Part shown: one piece after another, positions 25,761 through 36,097 of the stretch | Layout: each line of letters begins with the position of its first letter | Numbering within the stretch: position 1 is the first letter of the stretch | Sequence record: OQ363659.1 | Reading direction: 5' to 3' (one strand) | DNA length: 64,000 nucleotides | Made by a program: the position numbers and the translations under genes | Notes under the pieces: model-generated | Seen by the model: the letters and a program-made list of their open reading frames with translations, nothing else | Database searches by the model: none | Told to the model about the DNA's origin: nothing

Positions 25761-27914
25761 TTACTTAGCAGCAGCGCTGCCTTTGACTTTCTGAACCAGA
25801 TGGACCAGGTTGTCAGCCAGCAGGATCAAGTGCCATTGGAAGTTGCTGTAGTTGTCCGAAGAGTTTTGCAGACCGTTCCAGAACTGGGTAACCAAAGCGT
25901 TACGAGCCTTATCGGTTTCAGCAATGGATTGCTTATCACCAGTACGCTCGGTTTGGTTAGCGGTAGACTTAGCACGGTTAACAACATCGATAGAATCAAC
26001 GATGCCTTTACCGGCAGCACCAGCCGTACCACGGCTCAGACCGATCAGTACTTTAGCCAGTTGCAGCATCTTAACCAGATCGGTTTTCTTCAGGTCAACA
26101 GACTCAGGACCGCTACCAACACCGCCGTCGTTTTGGAACGACTCAGGGATTGCACGCTCACCCAGAGTAGCCATGTCTTGGACCATCGAGCCGGTAGGTT
26201 TCTTAACTACTTTCTCGAAGCCAAACTTAGCCAGCTTGGATGGGGTGTAAACCGAAGCAGGATATGCTTTCGATGGCAGGCCAACCTTCAGGGCTTTGTT
26301 GATGATACCAGTAGCCTTGACGGAGTCACCTTCTTTGGCAGCTTGTGCCAACAGGCTCGATACAGCTTCCAGCCACTTACGGTCATGTGCGAAGATACCA
26401 GCAACTTCACCCAGCCATTGCAGTTCAGCAGTAACGGCTTTCACCGGACCACCTTCACCACGCAGAGCAGCAGGTACCTTAACGGAAACCGGAGCTTCCA
26501 GAGTCAGGTCCTTAACGCGAACGATCTGTACGTCCAGGGCTTTGTTGATAGCAGCACACTGAGTTTCAACAGCCTTCAGGTGCATCTTCTCGTTCATCGA
26601 CTTGGCGAAGTCATCGAGGAAACTGTCACGTACGTGTTTCAGTTTCTTCAGGAAGCTACCGAACGATTCCAGCGAGTTGGTGTAGTAAGCATCCAGGTTC
26701 TTCTCGGTGTAGTCTTCCATCGAAGGAATGACCGGAGATTCACGATCCAGCTTACGGGCCAGGTATTGCAGTTTGTCTTGAGCCAGAGCTACGGTTTGTG
26801 CGCTGAACTTCTTGGTACGAATACCGTGTTGCAGAACACCGATGAAGTTTTCAACGGAAGTAACGTCACCTTCCAGTTCAGCTACGGATTTCGAAGTATC
26901 AACGATTTCTTCGTCGAGCTCTTCGTCTTCAGCAACAGCTTCGTCAGCTTCTTCTTCTGCTTCGACAACATCGTCTTCGGTGGTTTCGGTGTCTACGTCT
27001 GGGATATCGAGGTCAACCCCGTCATCTTCATCAGAATCGGTTTCTTCGTCACCGGCTTCGCTTTCTTCTTCGGAACCGCTTTCTTCTTCACCGGACTCTT
27101 CAGACTCTTCTTCACCGCTGGCTTCTTCTTCACCTTCGGTTTCGGTTTCTTCTTCGCCGGTTTCTTCGCCTTCGCTTTCACCGGTTTCTTCGGAACCTTC
27201 AGCACCGTCCCCCAGACCATCATCGCCACCTTCTTCGGCACCGGCGTCTTCGCCCAGGCCGTCTTCTTCCAGTTCACCGGTTTCCTCTACTTCTTCAGTA
27301 GGAACTTCGGCTTCACCAGTTTCTTCACCACCGACATCAGTGGACTCATCGCCACCGAGGCCGTCTTCCGAACCTGCGTCTTCAATCTCAGTAGTCTCTC
27401 CACCAAGATCGCCACCGGTATCGTCGCCACCAACATCAGCGCCCACGTCACCGCCGCCAGCAGCCCCATCATCGAGACCAGCATCTTCGCCAGCATCGCC
27501 ACCCAGATCGGCGGATTCATCGGTAGTACCCTCTTCGACTACTGGATCTTCAGCAGGAGTTTCTACAGTACCGGCGTCACCGCCAGCCGAAGCTTCAGCT
27601 GGTGCCACTTGAGCTTGTTCAATTACAGCAGCATTGGAATCGCTGGCTTGTTGAGCAGCAGCTTCAGCTTCCGAGTGACCCGGATCTTCTACGACAGCAG
27701 CAGCTTGTACTTCGTCAGCCGAGGCTACCAAAGCAGGACCAGTCGATTCTGGAATTTCGAGACTGTCGGCTGGAGCTTCTGCACCAGGGACAGCAGCAGG
27801 AGCGGCACCGGCTTCAGCGCCTGGACCAGCAGAGTTGTGTGCTAGTTGATCGGCACCGACTGGCGCGTCAACAAAGTCCTCAAACGAAGGAGTGAGGTAA
27901 GACATGATATTCAT
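25761..27914 (-). CDS. inner-head protein with long acidic propeptide, phiKZ gp97-like
   Basis: About 320 aa of E/D/G/A-rich N-terminus; SFE, SVE, SME and SLE protease-type sites. Confidence 0.8.
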   Translation of the reverse strand: MNIMSYLTPSFEDFVDAPVGADQLAHNSAGPGAEAGAAPAAVPGAEAPADSLEIPESTGPALVASADEVQAAAVVEDPGHSEAEAAAQQASDSNAAVIEQAQVAPAEASAGGDAGTVETPAEDPVVEEGTTDESADLGGDAGEDAGLDDGAAGGGDVGADVGGDDTGGDLGGETTEIEDAGSEDGLGGDESTDVGGEETGEAEVPTEEVEETGELEEDGLGEDAGAEEGGDDGLGDGAEGSEETGESEGEETGEEETETEGEEEASGEEESEESGEEESGSEEESEAGDEETDSDEDDGVDLDIPDVDTETTEDDVVEAEEEADEAVAEDEELDEEIVDTSKSVAELEGDVTSVENFIGVLQHGIRTKKFSAQTVALAQDKLQYLARKLDRESPVIPSMEDYTEKNLDAYYTNSLESFGSFLKKLKHVRDSFLDDFAKSMNEKMHLKAVETQCAAINKALDVQIVRVKDLTLEAPVSVKVPAALRGEGGPVKAVTAELQWLGEVAGIFAHDRKWLEAVSSLLAQAAKEGDSVKATGIINKALKVGLPSKAYPASVYTPSKLAKFGFEKVVKKPTGSMVQDMATLGERAIPESFQNDGGVGSGPESVDLKKTDLVKMLQLAKVLIGLSRGTAGAAGKGIVDSIDVVNRAKSTANQTERTGDKQSIAETDKARNALVTQFWNGLQNSSDNYSNFQWHLILLADNLVHLVQKVKGSAAAK

Positions 27915-28016
27915 TGATTGGTACCTGTACAGGATTAAACACTTTGGCTATGCCGTTCGTCCATGGCACAGCCCGACAATTTTGGACGAAACGTCGTTTC
28001 ACAAGATTGCGTAAAA

Positions 28017-29180
28017 CTAAGCAATGTTGGCTTCACATACGTTCAGGGCTGCACGGACATTTCGGAGCACGTATGCATAGATAGACGTGTAAGGATCAGC
28101 AATCCAAGCAACGTACGATTCCAGCACTGCAACGACTCTACGGGCGTCTTCTTCACTACGAACACCGTTACGCTGGACTTCTTCGTTAACACGCTCTATG
28201 GACGCGAGAAGAGATGCTAGAGCCTGCTTACGTGCATGACGACCCGTACCGTTGTTAGACTTGGACAATGTGGCTAGAATAGCATCACATTTAGTCAACA
28301 CAGCTTCGGTCATGTTGTGGTCGAAGTATTCAAACGAAATAGCTGGAGGTGCTTCTACGGGTGTAAGCTGAGACGGAACCATTTTGATCCGTGTGCCAGC
28401 GATTTGGTCGACTTGATCAGTACTCAACCGGTTAGTGTTCGTTACCATGAACTTGTGGTTACCCATCAAGTGTGGGGATACGAAACCTTCTTCGTCTGCT
28501 TTCATAACAGAAGCAGTACCGATGTTCACAGGACTGACTTGACGCATTAGGTCAGCTAAGAACAATGCATCTTTCTGACCATTCACTGAACTTACCACTT
28601 GGTTCACTCGACCCATTACGGTTTCAGAGTGAGAGATGAAGTACAGATCGGCTACAGCTTTCAACACAGTCAAGCCGTTGATCAGATTGATAACGTTGTT
28701 GATTGGTCGATAGTTGACAGACAGGTTTACGATTCGTGTTCCGACCGTAAACGTCGGGCGATCCTTCGGCTTGCGAGATGCAGTTCGCATGTTAGTGCGA
28801 ATGTTCTCCAGCGAATGGCTATGCAACGCAGTATGTAACGAAAGTTTAAATTCCGCATCTACGAATACCTTTATCCATTTCTTGATGAATGCAATGATTC
28901 GATCAAAAATCCGAACGATCGTATCACTGATGTTTTCCATGCCCGTAAAGAAGAACGGGGTGTCGCCTACCGACTCGTATGGTCGATAGTGTTCTAGTCC
29001 ACCGATGAGATCAATTACTTCCGCAGTCGTGTTAGGATCTGCTTCCGCCAACACCTGGGTCAGCTTAAGGAGTTCTTCATTCGAATCACCACCCTGACGT
29101 TCGTAGAACTTAGCCATCCACTCGTCGCTCGTTTCTCCACGGCGTTCTTCGAGCTTGGCTAGTCTTGCTTTCAAGTCCAT
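28017..29180 (-). CDS. head protein, phiKZ gp96-like
   Basis: Start MDLKARL at 29180 with an AGGAGG RBS; GLE and GME sites. Confidence 0.7.
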   Translation of the reverse strand: MDLKARLAKLEERRGETSDEWMAKFYERQGGDSNEELLKLTQVLAEADPNTTAEVIDLIGGLEHYRPYESVGDTPFFFTGMENISDTIVRIFDRIIAFIKKWIKVFVDAEFKLSLHTALHSHSLENIRTNMRTASRKPKDRPTFTVGTRIVNLSVNYRPINNVINLINGLTVLKAVADLYFISHSETVMGRVNQVVSSVNGQKDALFLADLMRQVSPVNIGTASVMKADEEGFVSPHLMGNHKFMVTNTNRLSTDQVDQIAGTRIKMVPSQLTPVEAPPAISFEYFDHNMTEAVLTKCDAILATLSKSNNGTGRHARKQALASLLASIERVNEEVQRNGVRSEEDARRVVAVLESYVAWIADPYTSIYAYVLRNVRAALNVCEANIA

Positions 29181-29192
29181 AGGACCTCCTAA

Positions 29193-29219
29193 CATAAGAC
29201 GGGACCCAAGGCCCCGTCT
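29193..29219 (-). promoter_or_regulatory. hairpin followed by TATG (candidate late promoter)
   Basis: Minus strand: imperfect GACGGG..CCCGTC hairpin, then TTATG, then TTAGGAGG-ATG. Confidence 0.45.
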
Positions 29220-29224
29220 CTAGT

Positions 29225-30721
29225 TTAAGCTACAGCAACTTCTTTCGAGTCGCTACCAGAACCGTTGTCGTTGTTGACTTTCAGTTCTGCCAGGATTACG
29301 TCAGCGAATGCCGAAGTAGTACGGGCCAGGTAACGGATGATTTCGTTACCACGTGGGTTAGCGGAGTGCAGCAGTTTGCCTACTGCGGATTCGATCTCTT
29401 CAGCAGTCTTGGCAGCACCGTCTTCCAGGCCTTCACCAGACGAAGCTTTCTTCAGACGCTCCAGACCAGTACCGACACGTTCAGCAGCGGCAGCCATCGA
29501 CTCGTAGTGCTTCGGATAGTCTTTCAGAGCAGCCAGTACAGTGCCCATGTCTTTCAGGTCATTCTGGATAATGTTACCGGAACGAGCTTGAGCTGTGGTT
29601 TCACCGACTTGACCACCTTCACCTTCTTTGATACCGTACGATACACCCGATTCGGATACATCGATAGCAACACCACCAGGCATTGGACGATCGGAGAACT
29701 TGATGTCTTCCAGAACGTTCTTAGCTTTCTCCAGCATGCCCATTACTTCCGAGGCATCACCGTGAGCTGGATCGAAGTTCGACAGGGTAGAAGCAACAGC
29801 GTTGTAGAACTGAGTCATACGCTCTGGATAAACCTTAGCGGCCAGAGCTACAGTTGCTTTGATCTCGGCAGGGAAGTTGATGTTCACTTTGCCAGCGATG
29901 GCAATACGATCAGGGTTAGGGACTTTGAACTCACCCTTGGCACCTTTGGACTTACTGGCAGCGTTGTTAGCAGCTTTCAGTTTCCGTTCCAGACCAACTA
30001 CGCCATTGCGCAGGTCATTAACGAACTTCTTGCCTTTCTCCCAGATCTTCTTCAACCACTCCCAGATCTTGCCAGCGGCTTCTTTAATCTTCGAACCGAG
30101 GGTATCGGACTTCAGCTTAGAAGGCAGCAGGTGTTGTTTCTCGCCGTCACCCATGTCTTCCATGGCAGCGATTTGTTTGGACAGGTCGATGTGGCCATCC
30201 GAGTGGAACTGTTCCAGACCTACACGTAGGAAGCCAGCAGCTTGACGGGAAATGCCATCAGGACCAGCTTGACGCAGGAGTTTGGAGTATTCTTCCAGGG
30301 CAGTTTGTACTTCAACGATCTCGGTCAGTTCATTACCGAGTACAGTCGATTCAACAATGCCTTGGTCCATCATGTCCATGGTGTTGTCATGATCCATAGG
30401 TGAATCGATGATCAGTTCACCGGAAGCTTCTGGAGGCAGTTCTTCAGCGATCAATGCACCTTCGCCTTCAATAGCGGCAGGTACTACAGCAGGAGCTTCG
30501 GCTACAACTGGAGTTTCTTCGATAACTGGAAGTGGGGATACTTCAGGGATACCAGCAGGCATCTCACCGGCATCAGGAATTGTAGAAGGTTCATTTACTG
30601 GAGCGGCAGAGTCAACGACTTGCGGATCGACAGTATTACCTTCGGCTACGGCAACGACAGATTCTGGAATCGGGGCTTCCTCGAAATTCTCCAGAGCCTT
30701 CATCATTTTTGACAGTTTCAT
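29225..30721 (-). CDS. inner-head/ejection protein, gp93-95 paralog family
   Basis: Acidic propeptide, ALEEY..LL motif, AME site, KIWEWLKK helix. Confidence 0.8.
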   Translation of the reverse strand: MKLSKMMKALENFEEAPIPESVVAVAEGNTVDPQVVDSAAPVNEPSTIPDAGEMPAGIPEVSPLPVIEETPVVAEAPAVVPAAIEGEGALIAEELPPEASGELIIDSPMDHDNTMDMMDQGIVESTVLGNELTEIVEVQTALEEYSKLLRQAGPDGISRQAAGFLRVGLEQFHSDGHIDLSKQIAAMEDMGDGEKQHLLPSKLKSDTLGSKIKEAAGKIWEWLKKIWEKGKKFVNDLRNGVVGLERKLKAANNAASKSKGAKGEFKVPNPDRIAIAGKVNINFPAEIKATVALAAKVYPERMTQFYNAVASTLSNFDPAHGDASEVMGMLEKAKNVLEDIKFSDRPMPGGVAIDVSESGVSYGIKEGEGGQVGETTAQARSGNIIQNDLKDMGTVLAALKDYPKHYESMAAAAERVGTGLERLKKASSGEGLEDGAAKTAEEIESAVGKLLHSANPRGNEIIRYLARTTSAFADVILAELKVNNDNGSGSDSKEVAVA

Positions 30722-30789
30722 GTTTGTTCCTCAAGGAATTTGTGCTGAGCTAATTGCAATTAACATAGCATTGGGTAGTTCGAAATAAA

Positions 30790-30807
30790 GGGAGCCCGAA
30801 GGCTCCC
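30790..30807 (-). terminator. rho-independent terminator
   Basis: GGGAGCC-CGAA-GGCTCCC followed by TTTATTT on the minus strand. Confidence 0.75.
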
Positions 30808-30813
30808 GTCTAT

Positions 30814-33279
30814 TTAGGCTTGGCCACGGGCACGAGCAGCAATCATCGCGTCGCATGCAGCAACACGAGCAGCACACATCTTAGTAATCACCGAAGCGAT
30901 CACAGTAGCGCTGCTAACAATCACAGTACGCTCCATGGCGTTGTAGAAGTGAGTTACCGATTCTTCTGGTACACCAGATTCTACACGACGGTCCAGGATT
31001 GCGTTCAGCTGAGTACGCTGACGATCCAGAGCAACACGCGATTTCTCGAGGCCACCCAATGCTTTCAGCAGTTTCTTCTGACGAGCCAGAGCTTGGTCGA
31101 TCTGACGTTTCTTAGCAATCTTGACAGGTGGGACTTCACCCATCATACCTTCTTGCGAAACACGGATCTTGCAACCTTCGCCTGGAGCGATTTGACGCTG
31201 GCCAGGTACGTTCTGGGTAGGCATGCCTTGGAACAACTGTGGAACAGCCTTTTCGATAACTTGGGAGAAGCCCATGATACCGTCATCGAAGGTAGCACTA
31301 CCGGCGTAAGAGGTCAGATCACGAACGACCTTCTCTTGGGTTGGGATGTAGTGACGGATCAACCAATTGGTCATCGCCTCTTCCCACACAGGGTCCAGAG
31401 CGATATCGCCACCGACCATGATCTCACCAGCTTCAGGTACGTAAACGAAACCTTTCTGTACTGATGGTTCAACTGGAGCAGGTTCATTCACTTGGAAAGA
31501 ACTACCGGCTGGCATTTCTGTTGGAGCAGGAGGTGGAGTACCATCAGCCGAAGGACCACCCAGCGAGCGAGCAGCTTGTACGGATTTCAGGCGAGTACCG
31601 TTAGGCAGTTGTGGCAGGGCACCGGCAGGACGACCATCTTCAGGAACAGCATCGTTGGTCAGCAGCAGTACATCAGTAGATTGTTCCACACCGAAGACAC
31701 GCTTCCACAGGTTCTTAGCCCACTCAGTGAACTGAGCCCAGATACGCTGGAAGAACTCTTTAACTTTACGCCATGCTTCTTTACCAGCAGCACCTGCACG
31801 TTGCAACAGACCAGGCTTGGAAGCTTGTTGACCACCTACTACAGTCAGAGCACGCGATGGCAGAGCTTCGAAGTCTTCTTGCGATACGGTATTACCTTTG
31901 CCCAAGTGTACAGACAGGAAGAAGTCAGTAGCTTTGATAGCTCGAGTAGACAGCTTGTCCAGGTATTGACCAACAGCGATTACACGGTTCTCGATCTCGT
32001 AGCCTTTCAGGACTCGGACGATCGCATTAGCCATGGCTTCTTGTTGCTCAGGTGACAGATGGTTAGTACCATTATCACCAGTCTCAACCATCTTCTCGCC
32101 AGCAGCGGCAAACTTCTCAGCGACAGCAACGGCTTTAGGATCTTCAGAGTCGATAGCTTGTTTGACATCTTCCATGAACTTCCGCAGGTCTTGCGGTGTT
32201 GGCAGTTCTACTTCGGTATCAGCGCTGTCTTCGTTGATCTCGATATCCAGTACACCATCTTGCGAACGGGTAACTACAGCACCGTGGATTTCCCACTTAC
32301 CTGGTTTACCACCCATGGTCTTACGGATAACGTCGGCAACAGAATCTTGGATTTCTTCTTCATTGACACCGTCACGCTTCTGTTGGAACATGGCGGTCAA
32401 CTGAGTAACCATAGCTGTTGCATCAGTGATGTACTGGACAAGGCCTTCGTTACGGAGTTTGTTTTCCGCAGCCATGGACAGATCCAACTTACCGCCACGA
32501 GAAACAACTACGGCGAGATTAGCTGGAACGGATACGCGTTTCTGTGGAGCTGGAGCACGAACGTCTTCACCATGGATGGCGTCAAGTACTTGCGAAACAG
32601 TCAGACCGGATGGAGCTGGCAGACCTTTCACTTTGGCAGGGTTACCAGAAGCAACAGCCTCAGAAGCAGCGATCAGATAAACAACGGCATCTTTCTTCTT
32701 GGCATTACCCAGAGACTTGAACCAATCACGGAGCTGACCGACTTTCTTCTTCAGCCACTCCCAGATCTTGTTACCGATTTCTTTCAGTTTGGTACCGATG
32801 CCTTTCTCGTCAACTTGTGCCTTTTGCATGGCCATGACTTGAGTACCAGAGCTTTCGTTTTCCAGACCAAAGCTTACGTCACCCAGCATACGGGAGGCAC
32901 GACGCATACCAACAGCCATGAAAGCTGCCGATTGACGGGTCATGTTCTTACCGGAACTACGCAGCAGCTTCGAGTAACCTTCCAGAGCGATCTGTGCGCC
33001 CAGCAGTTGACCTGCTTCAGCGTCAGCATTCTCGGCCAGTACTTCTTCCTGGATGATTGGAGCTTCCAGTGGTTGCAGTGGGGTAGGGTCGAGCTCTGGT
33101 GGCAGTTCGACAGCTTGTTCTACCGGTAGAGCAGCAACGTCATCTACAACCTGTACATCGCCCAGGTCATCAACAGGTGTTTCTGCAATAGCAGGGATAT
33201 CGCCATCCATCAGTGGCGAAGGGATAGCTTCATCGAAGTTTTCGTTCGATGGAATGTAAGCCGAGAGATTCAGCGACAT
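30814..33279 (-). CDS. 821-aa tandem two-domain inner-head protein, gp93-95 family
   Basis: Start MSLNLS at 33279 (AAGGA RBS); two family helices; internal VSQE site. Confidence 0.8.
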   Translation of the reverse strand: MSLNLSAYIPSNENFDEAIPSPLMDGDIPAIAETPVDDLGDVQVVDDVAALPVEQAVELPPELDPTPLQPLEAPIIQEEVLAENADAEAGQLLGAQIALEGYSKLLRSSGKNMTRQSAAFMAVGMRRASRMLGDVSFGLENESSGTQVMAMQKAQVDEKGIGTKLKEIGNKIWEWLKKKVGQLRDWFKSLGNAKKKDAVVYLIAASEAVASGNPAKVKGLPAPSGLTVSQVLDAIHGEDVRAPAPQKRVSVPANLAVVVSRGGKLDLSMAAENKLRNEGLVQYITDATAMVTQLTAMFQQKRDGVNEEEIQDSVADVIRKTMGGKPGKWEIHGAVVTRSQDGVLDIEINEDSADTEVELPTPQDLRKFMEDVKQAIDSEDPKAVAVAEKFAAAGEKMVETGDNGTNHLSPEQQEAMANAIVRVLKGYEIENRVIAVGQYLDKLSTRAIKATDFFLSVHLGKGNTVSQEDFEALPSRALTVVGGQQASKPGLLQRAGAAGKEAWRKVKEFFQRIWAQFTEWAKNLWKRVFGVEQSTDVLLLTNDAVPEDGRPAGALPQLPNGTRLKSVQAARSLGGPSADGTPPPAPTEMPAGSSFQVNEPAPVEPSVQKGFVYVPEAGEIMVGGDIALDPVWEEAMTNWLIRHYIPTQEKVVRDLTSYAGSATFDDGIMGFSQVIEKAVPQLFQGMPTQNVPGQRQIAPGEGCKIRVSQEGMMGEVPPVKIAKKRQIDQALARQKKLLKALGGLEKSRVALDRQRTQLNAILDRRVESGVPEESVTHFYNAMERTVIVSSATVIASVITKMCAARVAACDAMIAARARGQA

Positions 33280-33289
33280 GGTGGTTTCC

Positions 33290-34912
33290 TTAAGGGGTGT
33301 TGTGTTGAATGGTTGCTGCTGCAACCAGATCCATGAAGTGGATACGAGTCTTAACGCGGTTTTCGATATAGGACAGGGTACGAGCGATGTCGTAGATGTT
33401 ACAAACACGGCTTACACGAGCGATAGCCGACATTGCTTCATCGTTACCTTTGAGTTTGTTAACGAGTTCTTCGAACTTGGCGATGTAGTCTTCGATCTTC
33501 GACGCTACAGGTTTCAGTGTTTCCAAACGAGCCAATACTTTCTCGTTCGCTTTACCAGCGACTACGGCATTAGGGTCGTTAGGTTTGATACCGAGCTTAG
33601 CTGAGGTACCGTCACCATCAGTGGTGTTACGGATAGCCCAACCTAAGAGATCTTCGACTGGATTGAATGTGGAGTTACCAGCAGTTTGAATCGTAGGAGT
33701 CTTGTATTCACTCAAGATGCTACTGTCCAGAACTTTCAGGAAACCTTCTGTGATCTCTTGTGGTTTTTGTGCCGACACGATAGATGCACAGGCACCATAC
33801 AGACGTTCGATTGCCGGAATCCAGGACTTCTCAATGTAGTCGAGAACTTCTATTTCACCAGTTCCATCAAAAGATAGTTCATTGTTTTCGCCAATCATGA
33901 ACAACACCCGCGGAACAGTCGAATACGTTTTCGCTTCAACTTCTGGGGATGGCTTGTTATCTTTCTCTTGCTGCTCTTTCCATTCTTTGGCACGAGCCAT
34001 AGCGGCTTTGTTTTTCTTGAAGCGTTTGATAGCTTCACCAGCTTTGAATGGTTTACGTGCGGGGCTTTCAGGAGGCTCAGGAACTTTCTCTACTGCCTCT
34101 GGTCCAGCTTCAACAGCGGACAACACTTTCAGCAGATAAACGTTTTCCTCTTTCTTCTGCTCTACGCCTTGGAACAACTTAGAGAACCAACCTTTCAGTT
34201 TCTTCCACAGTTCCAGGATCTTAGCCCAAGCAGCTTTACCTGCTTCCTTAAGCTTCTCACCAATGCCTTCAGCAGACAGGGTATAACGGCCAGCACTAGG
34301 TCCTTCAACAAACGATTCCGTAGATACCGTGTTAAGGCCCAGTTGTTTCTGAATGCGCTGTAAACCAACAGCCATAAAGGCAGCAGACTGATGGGTTAAG
34401 TTCTTACCCGAGTTACGTAACAGTTCGGTATAACACTCGACTGCGTATTGTACATCGGTAACGGCTTCTTCTTCCTCATCGTCTTCTGAAGGTTCTTCAC
34501 CGTCTAACAGTTCTTGGTCGTTCCCACTAGGGGCATCGTCTCCGGCAGATGCATCAGCATCATCGCCTTCTACGGGCTCATCAGTACCAGCGTCTTGATC
34601 ACCACCACCTAGATCAACTTCTGACGAATCAGCTGAGTCATCCTCTTTCGGATGTTCTTCCTCAAACTTCTTCTCTTCAGTTTCTTCGTAGGCTTCTTCA
34701 GTGTCCTCAGCGTTCTTTTGCTTTTGTAGCATGTTCGTGATAACGCCGTCATCTTCATTAGACTGTTCGGAGTTATCCATTGGCTTGATCAGTTCTTCCG
34801 GGATACCTGCGACGTAGGAATTCTCACCGTCGGTGGATACGTCATCTCGTAGGGTATCTGGAAGACTATCGAAGTCTTCCATGGAAGGAAGATATGCTTT
34901 TAAGTTCAGCAT
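33290..34912 (-). CDS. inner-head protein, gp93-95 family
   Basis: SME, AVE, STE and SAE sites; ECYTELLRNSGKNLTHQSAAFMAVG. Confidence 0.8.
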   Translation of the reverse strand: MLNLKAYLPSMEDFDSLPDTLRDDVSTDGENSYVAGIPEELIKPMDNSEQSNEDDGVITNMLQKQKNAEDTEEAYEETEEKKFEEEHPKEDDSADSSEVDLGGGDQDAGTDEPVEGDDADASAGDDAPSGNDQELLDGEEPSEDDEEEEAVTDVQYAVECYTELLRNSGKNLTHQSAAFMAVGLQRIQKQLGLNTVSTESFVEGPSAGRYTLSAEGIGEKLKEAGKAAWAKILELWKKLKGWFSKLFQGVEQKKEENVYLLKVLSAVEAGPEAVEKVPEPPESPARKPFKAGEAIKRFKKNKAAMARAKEWKEQQEKDNKPSPEVEAKTYSTVPRVLFMIGENNELSFDGTGEIEVLDYIEKSWIPAIERLYGACASIVSAQKPQEITEGFLKVLDSSILSEYKTPTIQTAGNSTFNPVEDLLGWAIRNTTDGDGTSAKLGIKPNDPNAVVAGKANEKVLARLETLKPVASKIEDYIAKFEELVNKLKGNDEAMSAIARVSRVCNIYDIARTLSYIENRVKTRIHFMDLVAAATIQHNTP

Positions 34913-34936
34913 AGCAGGTCCTCAGGTTAAAAGATA

Positions 34937-34963
34937 CATAAGATCGGGGACAAGCCCCGATCT
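34937..34963 (-). promoter_or_regulatory. hairpin followed by TATG (candidate late promoter or terminator)
   Basis: AGATCGGGG-ACAAG-CCCCGATCT, then TATG on the minus strand 25 nt before the ATG. Confidence 0.45.
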
Positions 34964-34970
34964 AGTAGTT

Positions 34971-36095
34971 TTAGATTTCCAAGCCAGTTGCAACCAAGAA
35001 GGAACTTTGTGCTTTAGAGCAGAAGACGTAAACATCACGTGCACGCTCTTGTTGCTTCTTCAGGATACCCGTAACTTCGATTACCGCTTGTAGTGCACCT
35101 GTATCAGCAGTGTTGACGTTCTGAGCAATGATACCCAGCAGGGCAGTCAATTGGAGAGCCAATGAACCTACTTTGTCCACGTTCTGTGTCAGGTATTGGC
35201 TCTCAGCTCGGATTACATCCAGAGCTTTAGTGAACGCACCCATGTCACGAACTTGTACTTGTGCAGGCTCAGCATTGGCCGCATCGCCAATCTCTACAGA
35301 CCAACCGCCTTCAGTGGTGGCAACAATTTCGATGTTGTCGAATTTATTACCAGTGTAATCAGGAGCTTCACGTTGACCAACAGCTTTGATTGCTTCTACG
35401 TCAGAATCCTGAATGCCTTTCTTAACTGCATCGATACCGTCCTGAACGAACTTAGCCATGCTGTCGAAAGCGAACTGCGACAATGCGTGGTAATGATTAC
35501 CTTCAAGCTGTTTGCCATCACGAACAGTGAAGAACGCCAGGTCACCAGGGATCTCTACCTTACGGCCACCGTTCTCATCGTTAGGGCCTTTGTGTTCTTC
35601 CTTAGCCTTTTGCTTCATCTCTTCCGCTTGCACGACAATCTTCTTGTTGCGGTCGGTGAGTTTAGCAAACAGGGCTTTGGCTTTCTCCAAGGCAGCAGCT
35701 ACCATGGCTTTGAACTTTTCCCAAACTTCTTTGATCTTGCCGCCAATGCCTTCTTTGGTAACTTCCGATTTCTCGTGACCAATCCGCAGAGGTTCGCCTT
35801 TTGCTTCGTCTTCTAACGATGCTACAAGTGCAGACTTCTGACCAAGCAGTCGATCGATACGGCTAATGCCGATACGCATGGCTTGAGCAGTTTGTTTGGA
35901 TACACCATCCCATTTGGCAGCATCCAGGATTTGGTTGTAACCTTCGAGAGCGATAGCAGCCGATACAGCTTCTTCAATCTCGTGGTCAATGAACTCAGCG
36001 GCCTTCTCATCTTCGACTAGGCCGAAGTCGATCATCTCGCCTTTCTCATCAGCAACAGGTTCTACTGTGCCAAAGATTTCGTCTTTGTCTTGCAT
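34971..36095 (-). CDS. inner-head protein, gp93-95 family
   Basis: ALEGY and SLE sites; GIGGKIKEVWEKFK helix. Confidence 0.8.
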   Translation of the reverse strand: MQDKDEIFGTVEPVADEKGEMIDFGLVEDEKAAEFIDHEIEEAVSAAIALEGYNQILDAAKWDGVSKQTAQAMRIGISRIDRLLGQKSALVASLEDEAKGEPLRIGHEKSEVTKEGIGGKIKEVWEKFKAMVAAALEKAKALFAKLTDRNKKIVVQAEEMKQKAKEEHKGPNDENGGRKVEIPGDLAFFTVRDGKQLEGNHYHALSQFAFDSMAKFVQDGIDAVKKGIQDSDVEAIKAVGQREAPDYTGNKFDNIEIVATTEGGWSVEIGDAANAEPAQVQVRDMGAFTKALDVIRAESQYLTQNVDKVGSLALQLTALLGIIAQNVNTADTGALQAVIEVTGILKKQQERARDVYVFCSKAQSSFLVATGLEI

Positions 36096-36097
36096 GA

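Noticed and set aside
25686-27845. 719-aa plus-strand ORF (and 26812-27612)
   Set aside because: Antisense shadow of the biased, low-complexity gp97-like gene; Phe/Ser-rich, no RBS or motifs
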